Source: Amoebophrya sp. A120
Lineage: Eukaryota > Protista > Dinoflagellata
Reading direction: 5' to 3'
NCBI GenBank assembly: GCA_905178155.1
Contig: CAJINV010000002.1
Location: 1,609,216 to 1,673,215 of the forward strand
Length of the DNA stretch: 64,000 nt
Of the stretch, positions 1 to 11,067 are shown in pieces (within the stretch, counting starts at the first letter, position 1; the number at the start of each line of letters is the position of its first letter). Both the position numbers and the translations under genes were made by a program. A model generated the notes under the pieces. That model ran no database searches. It had not been told where the DNA came from and saw only the letters and a list, made by a program, of their open reading frames with translations.

Positions 1-279
1 ATCCTGAGTAAAAACGTACCCACACCAGAGTTGTAATGCAAATCTGCATGCTGAAAATGTTTCTCATGCGGAGCTCCATGAGAAGCATTTTCTAGTCGTG
101 TTTTGCAATTTGTCATGCTCCAATCAGCATGGTATGCTAGATCTGTGATGCTGCTGAGCTAGCTCAAACAGCACTACACTACGAATCCAAATTTGTCATG
201 CAAAACGGCCAAAACTTGTGGATTTGTCTAGCCGATTCCCCATCTTGACTCTGGTGTGGGTACGTTTTTACTCAGGATA
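1..279. mobile_element. Introner family A
   Basis: TIR ATCCTGAGTAAAAACGTACCCACACCAGAG / CTCTGGTGTGGGTACGTTTTTACTCAGGATA. Confidence 0.9.
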
Positions 280-3200
280 CTGATTTGATTTTCTTCTCCA
301 GTAAAACCTGTTCCTGCTGCCGCGCGAGTTCAATTTGCTTTTCTGTTAAAACTTCCTGGTGGAACAAAATCCAGTTTTTCCACCCGAGAATCAGCAGTCT
401 CGTCTTGTCGTTCTTCTCGAAAACTTGAAGCATTTGCAGCTGTTTCCTTTCCGATTTTTCCCTGAATAGTAAAATTTGCTGCTTTTCCTGTTCGTCTTCA
501 ATCTGCTTGGATTTCCGCTGCCGGGCGAGTTCCAATTCCATTTCCGCTTTTTCCTTCGCTTCTTTTCTCTTCTGCTCTAACACCTATGACAGTGCACAAC
601 ACCCTCCTCCGCCTCATTTGCATGGCGCGAGCAGCAATACAAACACCAACACACCAGGAGCCTGTGCATGACAAGTTCAGGGGCCGAATGTAGTAGTACA
701 GTTTGGGCTTCCGTAATTTGTCATGCAAACAGTGCCACAAGGGACCAAATCAATTGGGGACTTTGCATGACAAATGAGGGGGACGAGGGGGAGTCGTACA
801 TTCATAACACCTGTTTCTGCTTCACGAGTTCAAACCAGCCGTAGAAGCAACACCGTTGGAGATCCGTCAAAAACATCCGCAGTTTCGACTTCGCGTTTTT
901 GTCGATTAACAACCTTCTGTGTTTCGACACCGGATCTAGTAAGCAGTAGTTCCGCCAGGAGGAAAACACGATTTTCTTCCTAACACTCGTGTTCTTCTCG
1001 GATAAGAACCGAAACGCCTGCTTCTTCCGTTTCAGTTCGAACTTGTCTTCGATCTGCTTTTCCAAAAGTTCCACCGGAATAGCGTCAGAGGTGGCGGAGT
1101 CTGCGATGGAAGTTGCGCTTTTTGCGTACGAGCTAGACCGGCTGGCGGTTTGCTTCGCGAGAACTCGCCAGAGGTCTTGGACGAGTTGGGTGTGCAGCTG
1201 AAAAATCTTCATTTTCGAGTGGAGCAAGCACCGGTTGATCTCTCGGGTGATGCGGATTTTGTTCTGGTCCGGCCGGGAAGATGATGATGTGGAAACCGCA
1301 TCAGAATAATTATCCTGAGTAGAAGGCCCGCTCGAAGCTTCGAGGACGGCGCGCTCGACCTGAGAAGTTGTTGTGCGAAAGAGTCGTAAAGTAATTTTGT
1401 TTAATAGTGCGTGGTATGCACATGACACCCGGAAATCATCATGCAAAAAATTTTGCAACACAAACACAAAACTTCCTACCTGCTTCGCCTCCAGCTTGAC
1501 CAGGGAGATACAAATCTTCGGCTGCGAAAACCTGGCCGTTGCCGCGTCTGAAAGACTCCGGTCGAAAAGGTAGGAAATCAAGTCCAAATCCTGCTCCGAT
1601 AGAAATTCCTGCTGCTGTTGTTGTGCCGCGGCCCCTGCATCAGAAGTTTTTATTTTCATCCCGGTTGCAGTTGTACTAATCGTGTTCGACTTGTTCAACC
1701 CGACTTCCTCCTCAAACTCGATCAAATCCTTAAACGACTGCGTTTTCGAGTCCCAGGTCTTCTCCAACTTCAGACTCGCGTTTGACGACCCAGAAGATCT
1801 CCTTCTCGCGATCGGCGGCGAAGGGCCGCGCCCGCTTGTCGAGGTGTCGCATGCATTGCAAAAGCATGGTGCGTAGTGGTCATTGCATGGCAAATTTGTT
1901 GTTCAAGCGAAAAAATGAAATCTGTCATGCAGACGCAGGTTAGAAAAGAGATTTGCCACGCATAGCTGCACTACGAATACGAGACTTTTGCAATGGATAT
2001 GTTGCGGAATTCTACGATTTCTTCTGTGGATAAATCACCCGCGCTCGTCGGGAACTTCCGCACGTCCGGTAAATCCTTACTGCCTTTCGCTAATGAAAAG
2101 TTTTCAATTCTCTTGACCGCACTCGGCTTGCTGCTGGATTTACTCTTCACAATCGACGCAGAGCCGGTGCTTCTTCGTTCTTCATAATCTTCTTCGGGAA
2201 TGGGTGGGGACGCGGGGTTGGATTTCCGGCCAGATTGGTTTATTCTCACCGGGGTTACACCGGACGGGAAATTAGAATCTCGCGGTGTGCTCAAAGCTTG
2301 TGTGGTGCCTGGTAACACCCCCACCCCCCGGTGGGAAGCTGTTGTGCTGTTGTTCAATCTCGGCGTAATCAGCAAGTCGTCGGCGGAATGCGCCGCGCCT
2401 TGAGACTGCAAATTTCTCGCGGAATTCGGCAGAGCGATTCTTTCTCCCCGTGGCGTTTCTCCCAGCGTCTGCTGGAGAAACATCGCGTTCGTGGATGTTG
2501 GCCGGATGGCGGATGACCCCAGCCCGGCGGTGCTCCTGCTGGAGTAGTGCTGCAAGATGTCGGAGGAGGAGTTGACGATTTCCGGGGAGGAGGGTTGTTG
2601 GGTTATCACTATTGAGGGTCTAGTATTGAGCGGTACGATTAATTCACTCTCCCTTTTCATCTTCGCCTGTTGTGCTCCATGCTCCGCTTTCAGTCTTTCA
2701 AATTCTTTCACCAACTTTTGTTTCTCCGGCACGAAACAGTTCATTGCGAGCCAAAATTTGCAGTCTCGGTTATTCGCCAATTCCACTGCTTTTTCCAGAG
2801 GGATCAACAAGTCGGATATCTTCACGCTAATCCCGTCTTTCTCGAACTGATCTTTCGACTCAGCTAAGTAGAAGGAGAGACGCAACACCGCATCGTGCTG
2901 TAAACAGTCCTCTTCCGGTAGAATTATCGCCGCGGAGGTGGGGAATGTCGTGATCAAGTGGTGCTTGTTGTAGTCGTGGTAGAGGGTTTGCCGTGCGACA
3001 AAATCAGCGTCGCCGGTTGGATCTGCAGTACCAGCGGGGGCGAAGAAACCTCCAGCTGAACCGGTGACCACCCGATCAGTCGGCGAATTCCCATCTCCTG
3101 GCGTAGAAGTTGAGTCCAACACCGCGACTGGCACCGGGCTTTTGGACAAGCTGGATAACGCCGTGGTGTGTTGGCTTCTTCTAGTCCCGCCATTCACCAA

Positions 3201-3425
3201 CGCGAGAGACGAATTTGAAGCTGGTACAAGCGCACTGGTCCGCTCCTTCTTCACTTTCAATAACCTCGCGGAGGCGAACAGCTGGTAGGTCAAGCTCGTG
3301 TGCGCGCTGGTCAGGAGTTCCACGGAGTCTTCTGGTAAATGCGGTAAGTCCAGGCCGATCGGGTGCTCGAGGCCGACGACCCACGTGTCAGCCCCGACGA
3401 ATTTTCCTTGGATTTGATTGCCCAT
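280..3425 (-). CDS. Multi-exon protein with C-terminal Sfi1-like (centrin-binding-type) repeats; continues beyond left window edge
   Basis: ORFs 1971-3425, 802-1893 and 272-583 join in frame after removing introners 1850-1999 (FRN|TSTSG) and 585-806 (KQKQV|LEQKRK). Repeats KKIVFSSWRNY, LQRCCFYGWFEL, RLLILGWKNW. Probable in-frame GT-AG intron at 1360-1479. Confidence 0.6.
585..806. mobile_element. Introner family C
   Basis: TATGACAGTGCACAAC..GTACATTCATA; TSD ACACC; frame restored. Confidence 0.9.
1850..1999. mobile_element. Introner family E
   Basis: ATGCATTGCAAAAG..CTTTTGCAATGGATA; TSD TGTCG/TGTTG. Confidence 0.85.
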
Positions 3426-4335
3426 TTTGATGTGGTTGGGATATCAACTATTGGGGGTTTATTTCTTAGTGAGGGGTGGTGGTACAACAGAGGGGCACAA
3501 CCGGTGGGGTAAAAGTTCGGGTAACTAAGGGGGTCGCAGGAGGAGGTACAGGGTAACTTATTGGGCGGGAAAAAATGATCTTACAGTAAGTGTTATGACC
3601 ACGCTAGTTTTGATTCATTTTTCAAACGGTTTTCATTTTGCTGCTTGTGGAGCGGAAAAAAACGCATTTTTCGACGTGGATTAGAAATAAGCGCCACTCA
3701 GGTTTTTGACGGACAGCACTTGCATCGCCACTCGGAAAGAAGACAGACAGCACGTGTATCGCTCAAAGCTACAGGCTACACTCGAAGCAAACACGCAAAA
3801 TTTTCAAAAAACGCAAAGCGAACAAAAAGAACCGACGCTAAGACAGCTTGCTGCGGAAGGCTGAAGCTGATTAGCAATTGCGCCAACGCTGGGCGCCATC
3901 TGTGTTTGATAAATTTTCTGTCAAGTATTCAGAACAGGTTTGTAGTTCTGTGAAAAAATATTCTGCGACGAGTCTATTATTCTCCCCGCTGCAATAAAGA
4001 GAGCTCGTTCAACACTTTATACTATTTCTTCGAAGAAAGCAAGCTTCTTGTACCTAGCTGCTCACCGGTGGTGCATCAAAACGAAAATTTTATCCCTAGT
4101 TTTTGAAGCAGGAATGCCTCCTGGTCTTGGTGAAATTTGAGAATATCAAACACGAGTTCTGCGACAACGACTTTATACGCTTCCGTAATTTTGACTCAAA
4201 CAAGGCACGAGCTGTATAGTGTTACTTCCTTTCAACAGTATTAATCGAACCACGAATCAAGAAACTGTATTGAAATCAAAACCGAACTAAATTCTAAACA
4301 GATCGTATTTCAGGTTAATATTTTCAACCCCTTAG

Positions 4336-6391
4336 TTACCGATCTTCCGCCCCCAACCGTCGCCCCTCACCCCCAAAAGGGTTAAACCGTCTTTGCTGCG
4401 GCATCTGGACGTTCGCCGTGTTGCTTTGATTCGCGATACCATTTCCACCCGCCGGACCCCCACCCGTTCCGCCCAACATGCCACTGCCCCAGTTCTGCGG
4501 CGCGGGGTTGCTGTTGATCCCCGTTGGGTTGTTGCCGAACCCGGAGCCCGTACCCGATTCCTCCAGCCGCGCCTCGTGCTCGCTGCACCCAGGTGGGTTG
4601 CCCCAGATCTTGTGCGACATGGCCTCGACGAAATAGGTGTCCTGCGAACCCGCGCAGCCGTACCCGCCGAAAATGGCCGCGAGCTCCTTGTGAAATTCGT
4701 ACGTGTAGTAGCAGCCGAGGAGGAGCAAAATCGGGCGGAAAGCCGGATACTGGAAGGGGAGGAGGTACCTGGGATGGAGAGTTTGTCATGCGCATTCATG
4801 CAACAAAACAACATAATTTTGTCATGCAAAGGACGCAAGAGCAACTACTCAAAAAAATCACAAAACCCAATACAGTGGGATCATCCCGTGGTAAGTCTGC
4901 AACAACTATGAAGTGTAAAAATGTCTGGGTCTGGAAGATTCTGACACTTGTCATGCACGTTTTGCATGAGCCATGATGTCTGTGATGCATACCCTTGCAA
5001 TACAGATTTCTTGAGGGCTTCTTGATGCCTATTCCGCATGACAAATGCCTTCTCAGCGTAGCAGAAATTGCATTCCCTTTGGTACTCATGCAATACAGAT
5101 TTTTTTGGAATCCAAATGCAGCATCACAAGTTGCATTCTTCCAGAGCCAGACATTTTTACATTTGATAACAACTGCAACATGTCCATCACGCCGTTGAAG
5201 CCCGCGAAGATCATATCAATTGCAAATATGTCTGGGTTTAAAAGAATGCAGGATTTGTCATGCGTATTTCTCATGACCGGTGATGCCTGTAATGCATGAC
5301 CTAGCATCACAGACTTTTACCGGGCTTCCTGACGCGCCTTCCGCATGCGAAACGCCCTGTCCGGCTTGCTGGTCATGCAATACAAAATTTTTCAGAATCC
5401 AAAAATAGCATGAAAAGTTGCGACCTTCCAGACCCAGACATATTTGCATTTGATAGACCAAGTACGTACTCAACATCGTCACGCCGTCCGGGCAAGCGGC
5501 GTAGAGGCCGGTCTAGTTTATTTTGTGATTGACAATCTTTTTTTTTTCAATTAGAAGAACCGCATGACAGAACCAACAGGTATTGCGATTCTTTGCATGA
5601 CAAAACAACGCAACAGCCTATACTCCCGCGATCATCGCGTCGAAGAATCCCCCGATCAAGTTCCCCGCAAAAAACTTCGCCATCGCCAACCCCCCTTGCG
5701 CTACACACAAAAAGAACAGGGACCTCTGAAACGCCACGGCCCGCTTATTCGTCCTCCAGTGCACGTAGCCGACGGGTGGGGTGTTAAACGGGGCGACGAT
5801 GGGCACACAGGACATCTGGACGAAAAGGTTGGACAACCCGCCGGTGGAAATCGACAAAAGTTTCCACTTCCAAAACGTCGCCACGTTGAGGGATGCCGTT
5901 GCGATCAGCCGCATCGCGAGCTGCTGGGGGGATTCCGGAAACTCAGTAGTTTGTGTCTTTTTACTGTTCGTGGAAGTAGAAGAAGTTGTCTTACAACTGG
6001 AAGATGATGTCTTCACGGTTCTTGTCAGCAGAATTGGACAGTAGCTGCTTAGCAAATTCTTCGTAGCTGCTGCTTTACTTCTGCTGCTAGAAGAAGAGGA
6101 CGTGGACTGCTCAAGACCTCCGTTGAAGCAGGACGAAACTTGGTCGGACAAGAAGGTCAGCATCGAATTGATGTCGAAGTCCTGGTCGACAACCACAACT
6201 TGCTCTTTTACTTCCAGACCCACTTCTGCTATATCTTCCACCGGTTGCTCCACAAATGTCAGCGTTGCGAGACCCGTGGCCGTCGTGCTTGGCGCGAACA
6301 GAAAGTCCATCCCGCGTTGCAGACTCACTTCCGCCTGCCGGGTGCTTTTGCTCAGCACCGTCATGATTTTTTTTTGTTCGCTTTTTATCAA
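4336..6391 (-). CDS. Multi-exon hypothetical membrane protein with C-terminal SHP-box-like motif (p97/Cdc48 binding)
   Basis: Hydrophobic segments (SLFFLCVAQGGLAMAKFFAGNLIGGFF; TMLSTYLV|IFAGFNGVMDMLQLL) split by two introners and canonical introns. Ends RRFNPFGGEGRRLG (FxGxGxRLG). Start uncertain. Confidence 0.5.
4907..5168. mobile_element. Introner family B
   Basis: TGTCTGGGTCTGGAA TIR; TSD ACAAC. Confidence 0.9.
5214..5455. mobile_element. Introner family B
   Basis: TIR; TSD GATCA/GACCA. Confidence 0.85.
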
Positions 6392-6611
6392 ACTGTATTT
6401 TCCGCCTGAAACAAGTTACGAAGAACTAGTCAGCGATGTTGTTCCAAAGAAACATTTTATTGACTGTCGACACGAGGTATGCGCTGCTCGAAGTAAAATC
6501 GTATGCGACCACTCCATCCCTCGTAGCGCTCACATCTCTACTCGCTCGGGCTCTCGCTCTAGTTGTCGCTCATGAAATTTTGCTAGTCGATATCAAACCC
6601 TACGCAGTTCA

Positions 6612-7098
6612 TCTTAAGTGCTTCGAAATTCTTAAGTCTTTCGCACGACTTTAGACCTGACGTCGTTCGCAGTCTTTAAGTCTTGCGCACGACTTTAGAC
6701 CTTAAGTCGTTCGCAATCCTTAACTCTTTCGCACGACTTTAGACCTAAGTCATTCGCTATCCTTAAGTCTTTCGCACTACTTTACACCTTAAGTCGTTCG
6801 CAAACCTTAAGTCTTTCGCACGACTTAAAACTTAAGTCGTTCGCAATCCTTAAGTCGTTCGCACTACTTAGCTTAAGTCGTTCGCAATTCTTAAGTCGTT
6901 CGCAATCCTTAAGTCGTTCGCACTACTTAGCTTAAGTCGTTCGCAATTCTTAAGTCGTTCGCAATCCTTAAGTCGTTCGCACTACTTAGCTTAAGTCGTT
7001 CGCAGTCCCTAAGCCGTTCGCGCGAATTTAGACCTTAAGTCGTTCGCAATGCTTAAGTCTTTCGCAAGACTTAGCTTAAGCGTTTCGCACGACTTAAG
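6612..7098. repeat. Intergenic minisatellite, 18/23-bp units CTTAAGTC(G/T)TTCGCA..., with a 59-bp higher-order repeat
   Basis: More than 20 tandem CTTAAG-containing units visible directly. Confidence 0.9.
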
Positions 7099-7284
7099 CG
7101 AACACGAGATGGTGAGAACACACAGCAGCGACCACGACAAGGTATATCGTCAGCTTAATTCATCTGATGAAGCGCTAGCCAGGATCGAAATTCAGACATC
7201 GCGCAAGACGATTGTCCATTCATTTTCAAAACCGCTTGAAGATGCGTAAGTACACATATGCAATTGCACAGCAAGAACTGTATT

Positions 7285-10200
7285 TCAGGTGTATCCCAGC
7301 GTCACCGCATTCCCCAGCTGCGGACTCCCCGGCCGGTACACCTTCCTCCGCTTTTTTGTCTTGACATCACCCGACGTCGTACCCGCTTCGTTGCTTGTTG
7401 CTTCGTCAGCGGAGCAGGAATTGCTACTTCCGGACGAAGATTTAGCCACGGCCCACTTCTTCCCGCACAGCTGAAACACGCAGTGCGCACCGCGCAGGCC
7501 GAGAAATGACCCGAGTTCCGAGCGGAAATCCACCAGCCCCGCGACTCCCTTTTCGATAAACAAATCGCGGATCTGCACAATCGCCGCTCCCGATTCCATC
7601 AGGTCCGCGGCGTTCACGACAGTGGTGGATTCAGTTCCGCCAAGAGAAGCGATGATCGGCATGGCCCAGCGAAGGTTCTTTTTCGTTGCTGGATTTTTGG
7701 AACTACCTTGCAGCGTCCCTGCAGGAGAATGATGCTTCGCTTGCTGTTCTTTCGCATGACCACAAGCTGGGAATCTCGGGTCGTCGTAGTGAAGCTTTTT
7801 GAACAATTTTTCCACCATCAATTTTGTTTCTTCAGACCTCGCCGTTCGTCTTGCGGTGGTGTTCGTGTTTGCGATGAGGAAGCCGAAGCTAGTACTTGCC
7901 GAGGGTGTAGTCCCATCAGAATTCTCTTCTGAAATCGCATCAAGCAACTTCTCCACCACGTCGTGTTCTTCATTTAACCAAAAGTCCTCCAGTTCCTCTC
8001 TACTGTTGACCTGAAAAAACACGCCGAAGTTTTGTCCTTCTGTATGCTCTGATGGGCGGTCTTTCAGATGTTCGCCGGAAATAGTTTGATCGTCGTCCGA
8101 TGCTGCTGCTGTTTCGACGGAGAGTAGCAGGTCCTGTAAGGCAGCTTGCGTTGCGGAATAAGAATCACCAGGCACAGCTTCTTCACCACCCGCTCTACTT
8201 TTATTTCTCGTCTCAACAACTCCTTCACCAAGCTCCAAAACAACATACTGCGCTTTTTCCCGGACCAGTCTAACCGCCGCTTTCACTTCGTCAAAGTTGT
8301 CCTGCGAAGACGAAATTTTCAAATGCACGCCGAGCAAGACGTTCTTTCGCACCGAGTTGTGCACCTGCCGCTCGATCCGGTCTCTGAACAGAGGGAGGTT
8401 CGCGAACTGGTCTAGGGTCAGTTTCTGCGTGTAAGAACGAGAGGGAGAGGAGGAAGAGAGTGTGTTACTCTGCGGTGAAACCAGTTCTGAATTCGCAAAT
8501 TGCGGATAAGAGGAAAATTCGTTTTGCAAAAACTCCTGAAATTTTTCTGCGGGATTCATGTGATTTTTCTCTTTTCCAGAGTCATCACCACGTTGTCCCG
8601 TCGTGATCTCAAACGGCCCGACCGTCGCCATCCCGAACCCGCAGCCGCCAAACGGGTAGGCGAGCTCGCCCGTGAAGTCCAACCCGCTTGCTAGTTGTAT
8701 CGGACAATGGAGGTCCAAACCGGAGGAAATTTTTGTCGCAGAAATGGTTCTTGCAGCATGATCTTCTTCTCGTCCCTGCGTGCCGCTTTGAACAAGATGA
8801 TCCGCTGCAGTAGTTTTACTAAAACCTACTTCTTCATCCCGCCCCTCTACTTCAACCCGCCGACCCTCTTCCCGCGCCCTTTGTTTCGCTGCGGCGTGCC
8901 GTAGCGGGGCGCCGTAGCTCCGGTCTTTCAAATCACGGATGGAAAAACCATTCATCTCCTCGTTGAGCGCTACGACGCTCGGAGGAGCAACGCCCGGTGT
9001 AGTTGTAGCATCTTTTGCTACCAGAATTTTCGAAAACTCCAATAACTTCTCCTCTCCGCACCCGTACCAGTTCTCCTCCGCGGTTAGAGAGAATAACTTC
9101 TGCCGCAGTTCTATCAAATGCAAAAGTGTCTGGGTCTGGAAGATTGCGAGACTTGTCATGCTTGTCTGGCATGACCAAAAAGTTTGTGATGCCTGTCCAA
9201 GAAGAGACCCATTCGCCTGTCATGCAAAAACGCAGTTTGTCATGCGAAAAACGCAACACAAAGAAGCGCAGATATTTCTCATGCTTGGCTGTGCATTACA
9301 GAGCATTCACTATTCCCAACGCAGCATTACAAGTTTCCAGACCCAGACATATTTGCACTTGATAAGTTCCCCCGAAGCGGATAGTTGCATGGTTGGGAAC
9401 CGCTGGTTGTACGCCATTTTTCGCAAGCGGTAGTAGAACCCCGCTACATCGTCTTTGTACCAAAACCGCAACAGGTCGAACACAAACGTATGACTATGTT
9501 TAACAAAAAGCAGCACTGGACGTAGTGCATGCGAATTGCATATTTCTGCATGGATGAAAATGTAGGTGTAGCCGTTCGTGCATGCCACAGCATGACAAGT
9601 TCAAGTTCTTGCGTGTTCTATTTGGATAATCAAAAAAATTTGTGATGCGTAGTTCACATACTTGAAATGCGCTGCTTTTGCATCTATGCATAGAATGACT
9701 GCGTGAACGACTCCGCGTCTTTCGCCATGTAGCACACGAGCATGTAGTATCAAATGCAAAAGTGTCTGGGTCTGGAAAAGTGGAACTTGTCATGGTAAAT
9801 CAGAATCATGCAAAAATCTATGTTGCATGATGACCAAAAGCTATCCACTTTCGACCAAGTTGCGAGGGAGTTTGTCATGCAGGGTAGGCATGATGGAGAC
9901 CTCGCAGAATCTGTAATCATGCTAGGTTCTGCATTCCAAACCTCACTGGCCATTCAAAATGTGCATGACAAGTCTTGCACTCTTCCCGATCCAGACATTT
10001 TTGCATTTGATATGTAGATCAACCACAAACCGACAAACGACCCGCAGAAGAAATTCCAGAGGAGCGCTCTCATTTGTAAAAACGTCCCCACCCCAAAGTT
10101 GTCATGCAAATCTGCATGCTGAAAATATTTCTCGTGCGGAGCCCCATGAGAGGCATTTTCTATTCGTGTTTCTGAATTTGTCATGCTACAATCAGCGCCA

Positions 10201-10951
10201 TGTGCTACATGTGTGATGCTACTGCACTAGCTGAACAGGATTACACTACGACGCCAAATTTGTCATGCATAACTCCCAAAACTTGGAGATGTGTGTTGCA
10301 AATTTACCGACTTGACTATGGGGTAGGTACGTTTTTCCACAGGATAAACACCGGGTTTGTCTCCTGTTTGAATCTGCGCAGAATGTCAAACCGCATCGTG
10401 TTCAGCTTGTTAAATTCCGCCGCGAGTCGCTTGTCCTGCCGCGTGATGGGGTCGTCCATCTTCAATCGGTCGGGGTCCTCAAGCAGCTCTTGGCGAATGG
10501 AAGGCCGTTCTGTGTTCAGCAAATTCCGCCGCACCGGGAAGTTCTTCCGTCGCTTGATCTCTTCCTCATCCAGGATAAACCCCGCGGTCGTAACGTGCGT
10601 GGGGATGGCTTCCTGGAGGTAAAACTGCTTGGTTTGTTCCGCCGCGGAGAGGTTTTCTTGCTTCTTGTCCGCGTGCCGCAGATTCTGCGCGGCCGCGGGC
10701 GAGTTGGGTTGGGCTGTTGCGAGGGGGAGCGAAGTGCCGGGGGTCGTGGTTAAACTGCCTCTTGAAGTAGTTGCTGGCGTTGACGTTCCTCCGGATCTGC
10801 TCCCAGTCGGTATGGCAACGTCGCTGGCAAAGGTCTTTCTCGACTGCGATAAAACGGCATGCAGCCGGGATTGCTGGGGCCGGGCCGGGTAGGTTTTTGG
10901 CGGTGCGGCGGCCCGATGCACGGGCGAACGCGCACGGAGCGCGCTGAGCAT
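7285..10951 (-). CDS. Divergent dihydroorotate dehydrogenase (class 2)-like protein, probable mitochondrial targeting peptide, multi-exon
   Basis: CPIQLASGLDF..GCGFGMATVG, GFLIANTNTT, PIIASLGG and ESGAAIVQI match DHODH barrel motifs. N-terminus MLSALRARSPVHR.. is Arg/Ser/Ala-rich and followed by a TM segment. Catalytic motifs are degenerate. Joining of the 5' exons is partly inferred. Confidence 0.6.
9112..9364. mobile_element. Introner family B
   Basis: TATCAAATGCAAAAGTGTCTGGGTCTGGAA..TTCCAGACCCAGACATATTTGCACTTGATA; TSD AGTTC. Confidence 0.9.
9748..10012. mobile_element. Introner family B
   Basis: TIR; TSD TGTAG. Confidence 0.9.
10068..10346. mobile_element. Introner family A (degenerate left end)
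   Basis: GTAAAAACGTCCCCACCCC..GTACGTTTTTCCACAGGATA; TSD decayed. Confidence 0.8.
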
Positions 10952-11067
10952 GATTTATTAATATTTCGTGCGCCTGTTATGATCTCTTTGGGGGGAAGCT
11001 TCCAAGCAGTGAGCCCGGGCGTGGCGGTGGCAGGTATTTATTTGAGCTCAACATTTCAGGGAGAACA

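Noticed and set aside
6612-7098. CRISPR array
   Set aside because: No unique spacers, eukaryotic context, no cas genes
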